Shown in pieces: positions 36,614-49,607 of a DNA stretch of 64,000 nucleotides. The stretch is from Tubiluchus corallicola (Eukaryota > Animalia > Priapulida): NCBI GenBank assembly GCA_030141605.1, contig JAQGDQ010000876.1:21262-85261 (forward strand), written 5' to 3'. The translations under genes and the position numbers were made by a program. The notes under the pieces are model-generated. The model saw only the letters and a list, made by a program, of their open reading frames with translations, searched no databases and was not told the DNA's origin. The stretch's first letter is position 1. Each line of letters opens with the position of its first letter.

Positions 36614-36879
36614 GACGGCTTAGTCTAGTAGTAGTGGTAATGCGTCTGCTTTCCGTCTGGGAGGTCGTGAGTTAGAACCAGCGGCCGGGTCATACCAAAG
36701 ACTTTAAAAATGGTACCCGCTGTTGCCCTGCCTGGCACATGGTATTTAGGGTACAAGTGGGGTAATAATAGTCTCTGTTATGTAGTTGTAGGTTGTTATT
36801 TACAGTCGGCGATAATAGCTCTTTGAGCTAATGTTAATTGTTGACCCAATGGCCGACTTTAAATAAAGATTATTATTAT
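36614..36879 (+). mobile_element. tRNA-derived SINE with Meta/MESC-like core
   Basis: Degenerate A/B boxes; core ccgggtcataccaaagactttaaaaatggtacc...gccctgcctggcac; tail aataaag(att)n; core name recalled from memory. Confidence 0.7.
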
Positions 36880-37510
36880 GTTAAAGCATTGAAGGAAGAG
36901 TCACGACGTGTATGTAAGGTATTCCACAAGCTACTTTTATGAGTTAGTAGTCAAAGAAATTATGTACACCACCTATAATGAATACTCAGAAGAGAAACTG
37001 AATTTATAAAAAAAGTCAAAAATTTTAAAAGAAACGTACAGTCGCCTTATCAACTCATTTCCTGCTAACACCAATTTAAAGTTATTTATTAAATAACAGC
37101 GTAAGATTATTACCAAGAAGGTTGTTAAAATAATGATGATATTTTATACAGAAATAACGATTTTATTTTAATAATAAAATTTCTTATCTGAAAAATTAAT
37201 AGCAAAAACTCTGTTTTCAATATAAATAACTGAGCAATGCTGTTTCGTTATTTGTGTAGAATTTGCAGTCTAGAGTTTTCTATTTTTCTTTTTTCTAGGC
37301 CGAATAAATTCATAGGGGTTATAGTAATGTTATGAGAAAAGTCAGTAAATACAACAAAATGCGAAAGTTTCTCTTATTGCATGTGAGGTAAAAATTAAAG
37401 ATTGTGCACATTGCTAAATGTGTTATCAGCGCACGTGTAGTGCGTAATTTGTTTGGATTCATCATAAACCTTGAGTATCGAATATTGCCTGTCACTGCAC
37501 ATTATCTGCA

Positions 37511-37746
37511 ATGAATGACTTGCGACGTCATTTCGACACGAATCCTCCGAAGAATGTGCTTGCATTTTGTTCAGAGGAAAATTTTGCTACTTACTCTGTC
37601 GTAACGTTTGAAGAAAAGCTAGCAAGAAAGTGTAGAGAGCTTGAAGGAGGACAGTGTGAGCCAAAGGACATTGTTGCAAGTATACCAGTTGTGAACAATA
37701 ATAAACGTGGAAAATATTCAAAAGTAAAGAAACAACCTTCTCACGG
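37511..37746 (+). CDS. ICE2: Little elongation complex subunit 2 (ICE2/NARG2), exon 1
   Basis: MNDLRRHFDTNPPKNVLAFCSEENFATYS resembles the recalled ICE2 N-terminus; donor gtgagt; phase 2 fits exon 2. Confidence 0.78.
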
Positions 37747-39337
37747 GTGAGTTACAATAAGCTTTTATTTAAATTGCTTTTTGTTGTAGACAGTAGAGCA
37801 AGCTTTAAAATGAAAGGACAAGTCACTTAGTATGTTGGGTTTATTTTGTTGTTGTCACTCAAACTTAAACTGATATATAACTGAATCTGGAAAATATGGC
37901 AAAGAAATTTGCAGAAAAACTGTCTATAAAGCATAAAGTTAATTTATACTACGGTGCTACCTGCCATTCTATTGAAAATTAAGATGTAGCTGGTCGACTG
38001 TGTGACTTTTCATAAGTGCATCATGGCTTTTCATAAATGTGCGCTGCTCAGACTAATTTAGAATTCTGCAGCTTTTTTGATGTTCATGCAAAAAATATCA
38101 CTAAATTGCTGTTTATTTTTTTTGTAAAAACTTGTTATATGAGACGGAAGTTGACAGCATGCTGCTTTTCTTCAGTCGACAAATGACGTCATTGGTGGAA
38201 GAACGGGCACTCAAAACGGGAGAGCCCAATAGTGAAATACTCGTGACTTTAAAGTAATTTTACTAATTACACGAAAGGACTATCACACTTTTATTACTAA
38301 ATCCTTCTAACATTTTTTGCAAACATTGAAATAAACCTAACTTCTCAGAAGGCTTGATCTTTCCTTTAAAATATGGCGTTTAAATGCTTAAAGTTTCCAC
38401 TTTGTATAATTACAATTTTCCGTCTTATCTTCACTAGTTGCTCGAAATTACTGCTCTGCTGTTATTTATATTTTTTGGATTTTTAGCTGGCTTATGAAAA
38501 CACCTTGCAAATTTTTTTCTCATTTTGAATACTTTTTGTTGATAAGTTAAACAATGGCAATGAAATCTTAGATTCGGATCTAATTTAATTTTTGATAGTA
38601 ATAATAGTAATAGTAATTTTATTTTCCTCCATAAATTTACCATGATTTGACAATAAAATACACAAAAATACAAACGAAAGGGTGGCGAAAAACCAAAGGT
38701 TATCGAGTCAACCACCCTTCTCAAAGGACAGTAAACAAAAGGACGCTAATGACAGCAGACACAACTATATTAAAAAGTACATAAACGTGCAGAAATACAA
38801 AAGCAAAAATACAACAACAGCAAAAAAAACAAAAACAAAAAACCATGACAAATTTATGAACTACTAAGCAACTCATTGAAAATACCTCACAATTATTTCT
38901 GAGTGAAATCATTATGTCCATTTTGCTGACTGTGTTGCCTGTATTATAAGAAGCATGTTCATTATTGTACATTATAGAAAGTGAGTTTGCACCTTATAAA
39001 AAAATTGTCTTTCAGCAAAAGTTACCACAAGAATGTACATCTAATAGACAAAAAAATTGATTTATATGTAAGTTTCAAGAAGTGGCTTATTGTACTGTTT
39101 ATTTAGTGAATACAGAGGTAAAGAAGTTATATGATAGTGTTGTTGTTTCACCTTATTTGCAAATGTGTAGATAAACTTGCTGTGTAATTGGATCATTCAA
39201 TAATATTAGTTTGTATTACTTCTATCTATGGGCCCAGTCGTCTCTTGTTTTAGTTTGGAACTGTTAGGCAACCTTAAATGCCCTTGTGTAATATATTTAC
39301 TTTCAGGTGCTAGAGTTCTTGCAAATTGACCCAGGCT

Positions 39338-39792
39338 ACATGGCGTCCCCCCAATTTTTTAGAAAATGCCAAAATGGCACACAATAGCGGGCCAGCGCTC
39401 CATAAATGCGAACAGTATGAGCGTTTCGGTACAGTAGCCCAATAATATTTTTTATCATTAAAGTTTGTCACCGAGTTAAATTATTCTGACTGTTAATACG
39501 TGCCTGACCAGATGTGTTTACCTGAAAGTCAGGATGTAGTTAATTTGTTTGCATGTAATCTTTTCAGGAGGCAGGCAGGAACAGTTAACAAAGCAGCTCG
39601 TTGAGTAGCATTAGCATCTTTGCACAAAAGCTATAGCTTTAAGTTAAATGCCAGTTGGGATTAAATAAATCGTTTTTTTTTTGCACGCAAAATACTATGT
39701 GGGAATTCAAAATTATACGTTTTTTAAACAGTTAAGTTCCGCCATTATATACAGTCGGGCCCCCCTAATTTTTTTGGGGCACGACGCCCCTG
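39338..39792. mobile_element. Degenerate hAT-like MITE
   Basis: 8-bp TSD CCCAGGCT; right TIR gacgcccctg; left TIR decayed. Confidence 0.5.
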
Positions 39793-39924
39793 CCCAGGCT
39801 TCATGGAATATTAGAGCTGCAGAGCTGTATCCAACTGAACCTGTAGTACATTTGTAATAAGAAAAATTCCATTCCATATCCTGTTTGTAGCAGCCTGGCT
39901 AATTTTAATCATTTGCACTTTTAG

Positions 39925-41447
39925 CAAATCGGGACAAACTCGACCGCAGAACAAATCCGGAGGCTCTTCTCTTCAATCTGTTACTCGTTTTCCACGCCAG
40001 TCAGAACTCACTGGAGAAGACATGAAGAATTATCTGAATCTGTTAAAAACTTACGGCAATTACGCTCCTTCTGCCACAGCTGATGAGCTTGAACTAATGC
40101 AGTATCATCAATTCCGAGATCTTTCTGAGATTGTCCGCAAAGAACAGGAGGAATTCATAAAATTCTTGCATGGTGTCGCTAAGAAGTCTACAGATTATGA
40201 ACATATTAACGAGCAAGCTAAAAGATACGTCCACGATTACCTGACTATGCAGTGTAGATCTGTCGCAACATACAGCCAATTTTTCCTTGTGTACCAGGTA
40301 GTTTCTTTGTCAAATGCTGTACAAGAGCACCTGGTACAAGAGAGGATCCTACTGCAGTTGGGAAAAATTCCTAAAGTGTTTCTGCCAAATATGAATGCGC
40401 CAGTAAAACTGTCGTGTGAGTATGATGCGATTTCGAAAAAGTATCCTTGTGCTAGTAGACATGAGATGGCTTCTTCTCCTGCTGAGTGGGTAAAAGTTCC
40501 AGTAAGTAAAGATCCCAATGCTGTAAAACTAGCAAAGAAGCATAAAGCTGACATTGTTTTATCTTCGAGTAGCTTAAAAGCTTTAGCTGACAATCTCGCA
40601 CCAAACTACAGTAATCCGTGGGAGATACCGGTGCTGGTGGTAGACCACGAATCTCCCGATGGGTTTAAACATAAAACTGTTTATGTAGATAAACCTTTTC
40701 CTCGTACGGCATTAACTACAAGAGACAAGAATCTTACATTCCACAAGTTTTCACTGAAAGCTCAGGTTCTTAATCTCAAGCGTATCAAAGGTCCTAGTCG
40801 AATTTCAACTGCAGCAAGAAGAAGCAAAGATGGAGCGAGAAAGCGCGGACCGGCTGCGGATGTTGCGAAAGTCGAAAATAATGTACTAGATTTTGGAAGT
40901 GAATCCGAACAGGTGGAACCTGAGCTAATAACAACTGAAAAAGAGGTTAAAGAAGATGTGAATGCTAGAACTGTGAATCCTTGTGATAAAATAAATGCTG
41001 AAAGAATAGTGCAAGAAAGCGTATTACCCGCTTGTGAGAAAGTCAAAGACGTTGCTTATGAATTTATGGAGTGCAAGTCACCAAGAGAAACAAGGTCAGT
41101 GTTGTCTGAAATTCGTTCTCCAGATAGTCCAAAGTCAGACATGGATAACTTGGTTATTGACATTGGGAGTGCTAGCGAGAGAGAAGGTAAAGCGATGGAA
41201 GTCGCACCTCAAAACAGAAGTAGGTTGAGGAAAGCTTCGGACGATGTGAAACGAAACCCCAAGGCACGAAAACCTTCTGACAAACCCGACACAGTCAACA
41301 GCACGCTAGATGAGATACTCAAGCTTCAGGAACAGATGTGGAAAGTAGGAGGAGAAAAAAACGAGAAATGGAAAGATTTATCTGGAGGCAAAATGCAACA
41401 GATGCTCAATCTCTCTCCTGAAAAAACAGGAAACATCACTTCTACAG
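39925..41447 (+). CDS. ICE2: ICE2/NARG2, exon 2
   Basis: 1523-nt open exon; EFIKFLHGVAKK and SKDPNAVKLAKKH...NPWEIPV...VYVDKPFP match ICE2 motifs. Confidence 0.88.
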
Positions 41448-41662
41448 GTTTGTCCGTATTTTTGTTATTACTTTTTCTGCACGCTCCTGTGTTGAAAATC
41501 ATTTTACCTTGGAAACTTCAATTTTGAGTTTGTGTAAGGCTTTCATGGAATCAGATCACAGAAGACCAGCTAATTCAAATTCCATGTATCATACACTTGC
41601 AACTAATTAGTGACTAAATCATGTAGAAGTATGTATGTACAATTTATATGTATACTTTACAG

Positions 41663-41819
41663 AAAATTCTGAAGATTACGGGGAATATGCTCAACCAATG
41701 AATGACAATGTCACCTACAGTTTGTGGAAACTGGGTCGGTTAAAGATTCTGTTACGTTACTTGGTGCATGGTTCTCTAAGAAATAGTGATGGTAACCTTT
41801 CCCAGTATGTACATGTAAG
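41663..41819 (+). CDS. ICE2: ICE2/NARG2, exon 3 (start of NARG2 C-terminal domain)
   Basis: EYAQPMNDNVTYSLWKLGRLKILLR; donor gtaag. Confidence 0.88.
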
Positions 41820-41970
41820 GTAAGATTCAGCTAAAAAAACCATTATGCAGGTGTCTTAAAGTTTCGCAGCAGCATCTTTAAGTTGGGTTGTTATTGTCAT
41901 GATGCAGTACAGTTAGTTGTATGATCTCCGTTTTAGTTTTTAGGTTACTTTGATACATATTTGCTCTTAA

Positions 41971-42429
41971 CCCTTTCGTACCCATTGTATCCCGTGGGAT
42001 ACGAGAATATTTTCTGCCTTTAGAATTAATAAAATTCTAAAACTTACAGTTATTTGATCTGTTAATAGTTATTTTGATTTAAGCCAATAACAATAGACTA
42101 AAAATGGTGATAAAATGGCAAACTAGAAAATCTACATAGCATAAAAACTGTGCAAGGTACAGTACTTTAGAGACGACTTTGTACAGATCAGCATAGCGTG
42201 CATACTAAATGTCTTAAATACTTTAAAAAATTATCAACAGTTGCAAAATGAAGCACATTTTATGCTTCCATTGAATCCCAATGTATCCCGTGGGATACAG
42301 GCTATATTTAGCATGCGGGCACAGGTAGAAAACAATAATTCTTATGTGTAAACAAGATGGACATACTGAACAAAAGTACCAAGCCAAAAAATTTTTTCTT
42401 ATTAAAAAAATAATTTGGGACTGAAAGGG
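41971..42429. mobile_element. piggyBac-like MITE
   Basis: TTAA|ccctttc...gaaaggg|TTAA; internal palindrome tgtatcccgtgggatac present twice. Confidence 0.85.
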
Positions 42430-42504
42430 TTAAATAATGTAGTAAGACACAGTGAAGCAGGAGCTAACTGTAAGAACTATGACAACTTTGGAACTGAGTA
42501 ACTA

Positions 42505-43647
42505 GAGAAGCAATATCTCTAGTAACAGAAGCAATATCTCTAGTAACAGAAGCAATATCTCTAGTAACAGAAGTAATATCTCTAGTAACAGAAGCAATAT
42601 CTCTAGTAACAGAAGCAATATCTCTAGTAACAGAAGCAATGTCTCTAGTAACAGAAGCAATATCTCTAGTAACAGAAGCAATATCTCTAGTAACAGAAGC
42701 AATGTCTCTAGTAACAGAAGCAATATCTCTAGTAACAGAAGCAATGTCTCTAGTAACAGAAGCAATATCTCTAGTAACAGAAGCAATGTCTCTAGTAACA
42801 GAAGCAATATCTCTAGTAACAGAAGCAATATCTCTAGTAACAGAAGCAATATCTCTAGTAACAGAAGCAGTATCTCTAGTAACAGAAGCAATATCTCTAG
42901 TAACAGAAGCAATATCTCTAGTAACAGAAGCAATATCTCTAGTAACAGAAGCAATATCTCTAGTAACAGAAGCAATATCTCTAGTAACAGAAGCAATATC
43001 TCTAGTAACAGAAGCAATATCTCTAGTAACAGAAGTAATATCTCTAGTAACAGAAGCAATGTCTCTAGTAACAGAAGCAATGTCTCTAGTAACAGAAGCA
43101 ATGTCTCTAGTAACAGAAGCAATGTCTCTAGTAACAGAAGCAATATCTCTAGTAACAGAAGCAATATCTCTAGTAACAGAAGCAATATCTCTAGTAACAG
43201 AAGCAATATCTCTAGTAACAGAAGCAATATCTCTAGTAACAGAAGCAATATCTCTAGTAACAGAAGCAATATCTCTAGTAACAGAAGCAATATCTCTAGT
43301 AACAGAAGCAATATCTCTAGTAACAGAAGCAATATCTCTAGTAACAGAAGCAATGTCTCTAGTAACAGAAGCAATGTCTCTAGTAACAGAAGCAATGTCT
43401 CTAGTAACAGAAGCAATGTCTCTAGTAACAGAAGCAATATCTCTAGTAACAGAAGCAATATCTCTAGTAACAGAAGCAATATCTCTAGTAACAGAAGCAA
43501 TATCTCTAGTAACAGAAGCAATATCTCTAGTAACAGAAGCAATATCTCTAGTAACAGAAGCAATGTCTCTAGTAACAGAAGCAATATCTCTAGTAACAGA
43601 AGCAATATCTCTAGTAACAGAAGCAATATCTCTAGTAACAGAAGCAA
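42505..43647. repeat. 21-bp satellite, ~54 copies
   Basis: Unit agtaacagaagcaat(a/g)tctct; accounts for ORFs 42502..43647 and 42639..43664. Confidence 0.97.
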
Positions 43648-44160
43648 TCTTATTAAAAAAATAATTTGGGACTGAAAGGGTTAAGTCCGGAAGAAAAACT
43701 TACTGTTCCCTGGCAGCTGGGCTTATTTTAACGTTCTAGAAAAATGTTAGTACATTTCACCTACGAAAGTGCAATTTGTGTAATTAGTAAAATCATTTTT
43801 AAGTCATTGTCTTTTCATCTTGGTTAATTTTGCGCATGATGATTTTGAACACACAATAACATCGCTTTGCCAATTAAAGAAAAGATGTGCACTGTCACAA
43901 AATTATCATAAACTTTTACTTAGATTTGCCAGATTTTTGACTGAAATTAGGCTGCAGAAATTTGCATTGTAAATTATAATGATGTGCGCTTATAGCAAAT
44001 GACAAAGTTGGCTGTCCTACGTCGTGAGTTTAAAACTTATCAGCAACCAGATTTGTTTAGCGCTTGATCTTTCCTTTAAAAATAAGCCATCTTACATTAA
44101 ATAAAGGACAGTCTTTGCAATGGATTAGTCCCCAAGTTGAACAAGATGTTTCCCTTATGG

Positions 44161-44640
44161 CAGGGGTGTGCAAAATATCTGACTAGCGGGCCACATTAAA
44201 CTTCCCCACAATTCCTGCGGGCCACAGGCAGTTTGATCAAGGAGCCAAGTACAGAAAGGCCTAATAACGGTTTTTTGCATCCGACCTGCATACATCATTA
44301 CTACTACACTCAAGAAACTATTTTAGAAGTTATTAAAATTTATATTACAAACCATATATTTCTACTTTCAGGACAGATAGTGGTAATTTCATTACAATGC
44401 ATATTAGTAATGTGTATCACACAGTCTGTGTAGTAAAGTGTTATTAAGCTACAACCGTCTTGTAAGGGTTAATGGCATCCGATCTAGTAGAAAAAACTAC
44501 CCGCACTATCTTTGGGATCGTGACTTCAGCTGGATACACTCAATTAATCGCCCGGGCCGCACTTTCATTAGGTTGACAAATCTCTTCGCGGGCCGCACAA
44601 ATTCTCTCGGCTGGCCACGGGCCGCAATTTGCACACCCTG
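44161..44640. mobile_element. hAT MITE family A copy 4 (opposite orientation)
   Basis: Family TIRs plus perfect 8-bp TSD CCTTATGG. Confidence 0.92.
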
Positions 44641-44848
44641 CCTTATGGATTTACTATTCAAATGGGGAGTTACTTTTAAATGGAGGAGAGCCAAACTAAG
44701 AATTATAGTTAGCAGTTGTTGGAGCTCGGTGGAAACGTTGAGCCATCGATCAGTTACCATGTAAAGTACAATGCTGGATTATTCCTCATTTACTTCTAAT
44801 GTTTAATTTTTGATTTTTAATGTAATGATTTAATTCCTGTCGTTCCAG

Positions 44849-45066
44849 GCCTAAGCTAGAGTATCAGTCTACATACGGAGTGGAGCAAACTACACCGTCA
44901 GAAAACTGCCGGGACTGGCTGAGTCTGCACGTCAGACCAAACTGCAATCTTCTTCGTGCTCGAATTAATGCTCTGACATCACAAATTGTGCTACTGGAAA
45001 CTGTCACGCCATCTTCTGTTGTTCAGCCGAAGATTTTCCAGCCAGAGTTGGCAGAAAGTGCCTTGG
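44849..45066 (+). CDS. ICE2: ICE2/NARG2, exon 4
   Basis: PKLEYQSTYGVEQTTPSENCRDWLSLHVRPNCNLLRARINA; PKLEYQ..YG.E is typical of NARG2_C. Confidence 0.88.
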
Positions 45067-45239
45067 GTAAGAATGCATTTTACTTGTTGTTGACTCTGTA
45101 GCTTAGGGATGTTAAATGATATAAATTTGCCGATACGATAACAGTAAACTATTTTTTAGGTTATAAGTTACCACATTCTATATTGAATGATAAAAACGAT
45201 ACTGAAGTTAGGCAATTTACGCTACAACAGAACAGTATC

Positions 45240-45634
45240 ACTCGCGATTTTTTCGAAATTTTGACCAAACAGCATGCGGAAAAAACGTTCTAGCGGCGCC
45301 TGGTGGGACTCTCGGAAGGAGATATATGACTCTTTAGAAAGAGGAAGAACATGGCTACACGATGATGTCGGCTATATTTTAGGACATGTCCACCAAGAAG
45401 AGTACTGACGAGTTAATTAGATGTTCTATTTTTGGCAATTTTCCCTTGGAAAACTGCTGAAGCAAAGCCATTGTTGTGACGTCATCCACTATACTCTGTC
45501 TATAACTTTAATTCAGTAAAAGCTGCTGCTCCTGACTTTGTGTCAGGTAAACAAACGAACACTAGGTAGGATGTTCGCGTATTTTTGATTATACGTGTAT
45601 TTATACGCAAAATTTTTTGCGTGGCCTTTGCTAG
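45240..45634 (+). mobile_element. Helitron-like element copy 2 (3' portion)
   Basis: Hairpin acgcaaaa-tt-ttttgcgt followed by ggcctttgCTAG|T. Confidence 0.75.
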
Positions 45635-45794
45635 TTAATAATTAAAATGACTAAGTGTTTTGGTGGTTCCGTGCTGTATAATTAAATGGCTCCGAGTTAT
45701 GAAACACAAATTTGTTTATCATAATGATTCATAAATAAGTGAGCTGGGGCAGATAACATATCAGTGCGACAAAAATATTTATCAATGCGAGCTA

Positions 45795-47722
45795 CACATG
45801 ACTGGGAAAGTGACACTGAAAATATGATACAGTGTATCTGACATACACATGGCTAGGAATGTGACACTGAAAATATGGTACAGTGTATTTGACATGCACA
45901 TGGCTAGGAATGTGACACTGAAAATATGGTACAGTGTATCTGACATACACATGGCTAGGAATGTGACACTGAAAATATGGTACAGTGTATCTGACGTACA
46001 CATGGCTAGGAATGTGACACTGAAAATATGATACAGTGTATCTGACATGCACATGGCTAGGAATGTGACACTGAAAATATGGTACAGTGTATCTGACATA
46101 CACATGGCTAGGAATGTGACACTGAAAATATGATACAGTGTATCTGACATGCACGTGGCTAGGAATGTGACACTGAAAATATGGTACAGTGTATCTGACA
46201 TACACATGGCTAGGAATGTGACACTGAAAATATGATACAGTGTATCTGACATACACATGGCTAGGAATGTGACACTGAAAATATGATACAGTGTATCTGA
46301 CATACACATGACTAGGAATGTGACACTGAAAATATGATACAGTGTATCTGACATACACATGGCTAGGAATGTGACACTGAAAATATGATACAGTGTATCT
46401 GACATACACATGGCTAGGAATGTGACACTGAAAATATGATACAGTGTATCTGACATACACATGGCTAGGAATGTGACACTGAAAATATGATACAGTGTAT
46501 CTGACATACACATGGCTAGGAATGTGACACTGAAAATATGATACAGTGTATCTGACATACACATGGCTAGGAATGTGACACTGAAAATATGATACAGTGT
46601 ATCTGACGTGCACGTGGCTAGGAATGTGACACTGAAAATATGGTACAGTGTATCTGACATACACATGGCTAGGAATGTGACACTGAAAATATGGTACAGT
46701 GTATCTGACTCACATGCTGGAATGTGACACTGAAAATATGATACAGTGTATCTGACATACACATGGCTAGGAATGTGACACTGAAAATATGATACAGTGT
46801 ATCTGACATACACATGGCTAGGAATGTGACACTGAAAATATGATACAGTGTATCTGACATGCACATGGCTAGGAATGTGACACTGAAAATATGGTACAGT
46901 GTATCTGACATACACATGGCTAGGAATGTGACACTGAAAATATGATACAGTGTATCTGACATACACATGGCTAGGAATGTGACACTGAAAATATGATACA
47001 GTGTATCTGACATACACATGGCTAGGAATGTGACACTGAAAATATGATACAGTGTATCTGACATACACATGGCTAGGAATGTGACACTGAAAATATGATA
47101 CAGTGTATCTGACATACACATGGCTAGGAATGTGACACTGAAAATATGATACAGTGTATCTGACGTGCACATGGCTAGGAATGTGACACTGAAAATATGG
47201 TACAGCGTATCTGACATACACATGGCTAGGAATGTGACACTGAAAATATGATACAGTGTATCTGACATACACATGGCTAGGAATGTGACACTGAAAATAT
47301 GGTACAGTGTATCTGACATACACATGGCTAGGAATGTGACACTGAAAATATGATACAGTGTATCTGACATACACATGGCTAGGAATGTGACACTGAAAAT
47401 ATGGTACAGTGTATCTGACATACACATGGCTAGGAATGTGACACTGAAAATATGATACAGTGTATCTGACATGCACATGGCTAGGAATGTGACACTGAAA
47501 ATATGGTACAGTGTATCTGACGTGCACATGGCTAGGAATGTGACACTGAAAATATGGTACAGTGTATCTGACATACACATGGCTAGGAATGTGACACTGA
47601 AAATATGGTACAGTGTATCTGACGTGCACATGGCTAGGAATGTGACACTGAAAATATGGTACAGTGTATCTGACATGCACATGGCTAGGAATGTGACACT
47701 GAAAATATGATACAGTGTATTT
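45795..47722. repeat. 51-bp satellite, ~38 copies
   Basis: Unit acatggctaggaatgtgacactgaaaatatgatacagtgtatctgacatac; contains palindrome gataca-g-tgtatc. Confidence 0.97.
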
Positions 47723-48606
47723 CACATCCGCACATTTGTATGGAAGTGTTTGAAAGGGTCTCTACACTCTGTCAATATGATTTAGAATGATTATAGCCAT
47801 TATTGCCAAGCAAATGTACATGAAGATCTAACAATTAACAACTAGTGTCTAGACAAAAAATAGTCAATTGGTTGGCTAGAGACTTAGCTTGCTGGTAAGA
47901 TGTCCCTCAAATACAGTTGTAAGCCAAGTGTTGTTTTACTTGTATCGCAAGAATCATAATCACCTTTCGTGTTTGCATATTTTGCAAAGTTATCTTAGTG
48001 ATCTAGGTAGAAAAAATTCATATAGGAAACTGAAAGGTAGCAACATTTCTTTACAAATGCTCAGTTATTTAGACAAACAGATTTATTTCTATATAATTTC
48101 GATAAATAATAAGAATAAATAATAATAATAATATTTATAATAACACTTTAAATAGCTGTCATCTTGCTGTTAATAGTAGTTTCCTCGTTTGTGTAAACAT
48201 ATCTTACAAAACGAAACACTCTACACTTTGAAATAACATAGTGATAATACACAGTGTTTTAGAACATGTGGTAGTTTGTCCCAAGTAACACACAAATATA
48301 ATAACAATTATTTTTGCCATAAACGTGCTTAATTTCTATGCAAAATACACTGCAGAAATTATACGGAAACCGTTAGCCACATGAGAGTGTGTTCTGCTGC
48401 CGTATGTAGCAAATTTGCTCGCAAATATATTTGTAAATATCCATAAGTAATGCATGTTTTAGGATGTAAAATTTCAGGCGTTTATTTTTGGCACCCTGAT
48501 TTGTTTCATGTAAATAATGCATCAACATGTGTGCTGTAAGGCCGTGCAAGGTACTTTATCACTTACATTTAATCACCATGCATTTGTTACTAGTAAAGCA
48601 CAAAAT

Positions 48607-49607
48607 AACTCCCCCTTCTCTTACAGTCATCAAGAAGCGAGACTCCCCCTTCTCTTAGTCAGCAGGAAGCCAGACAAAATGTAATTAGATGACTTTGGAG
48701 ACTAGGCCTTCAAGAAGTGCAAATAAACCATCACACCATAACTCCCCCTTCTCTTACAGTCGTCAAGAAGCCAGACAAAAATGTAATTAGATGTGTTTGG
48801 AGACTAGGCCTTCAAGAAGTGCAAATAAACCATCACACCATAACTCCCCCTTCTCTTACAGTCGTCAAGAAGCCAGACAAAAAGTAATTAGATGCTTTGG
48901 AGACTAGGCCTTCAAAAAGTGCAAATAAACCTTCACACCATAACTCCCCCTTCTCTTACAGTCGTCAAGAAGCCAGACAAAAAGTAATTAGATGCTTTGG
49001 AGACTAGGCCTTCAAAAAGTGCAAATAAACCATCACACCATAACTCCCCCTTCTCTTACAGTCGTCAAGAAGCCAGACTCCCCCTTCTCTTACAGTCATC
49101 AAGAAGCCAGACAAAAATGTAATTAGATGACTTTGGAGACTAGGCCTTCAAGAAGAGCAAATAAACCATCACACCATAACTCCCCCTTCTCTTACAGTCG
49201 TCAAGAAGCCAGACAAAAAGTAATTAGATGCTTTGGAGACTAGGCCTTCAAAAAGTGCAAATAAACCTTCACACCATAACTCCCCCTTCTCTTACAGTCG
49301 TCAAGAAGCCAGACAAAAAGTAATTAGATGCTTTGGAGACTAGGCCTTCAAAAAGTGCAAATAAACCATCACACCATAACTCCCCCTTCTCTTACAGTCG
49401 TCAAGAAGCCAGACTCCCCCTTCTCTTACAGTCATCAAGAAGCCAGACAAAAATGTAATTAGATGACTTTGGAGACTAGGCCTTCAAGAAGAGCAAATAA
49501 ACCATCACACCATAACTCCCCCTTCTCTTACAGTCGTCAAGAAGCCAGACAGAAATGTAATTAGATGCTTTGGAGACTAGGCCTTCAAGAAGTGTAAATA
49601 AACCATC
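48607..49607. repeat. 100-bp satellite with 336-bp higher-order period
   Basis: taactcccccttctcttacag at 48841, 48941, 49041; block 48841-49176 repeated at 49177-49512. Confidence 0.93.

Noticed and set aside
42502-43664. Long ORFs (381 aa LLLLEI repeats; 341 aa SLVTEAI repeats)
   Set aside because: Artefact of a stop-free 21-bp satellite inside an ICE2 intron; no splice or start context.
45782-47725. 647/337/290-aa repetitive ORFs with Cys/His
   Set aside because: Translations of the 51-bp satellite, open in several frames and frameshifted mid-array; not zinc fingers.
48607-49607. CRISPR-like periodic array
   Set aside because: Whole units repeat with no unique spacers, no cas genes, and the context is eukaryotic.
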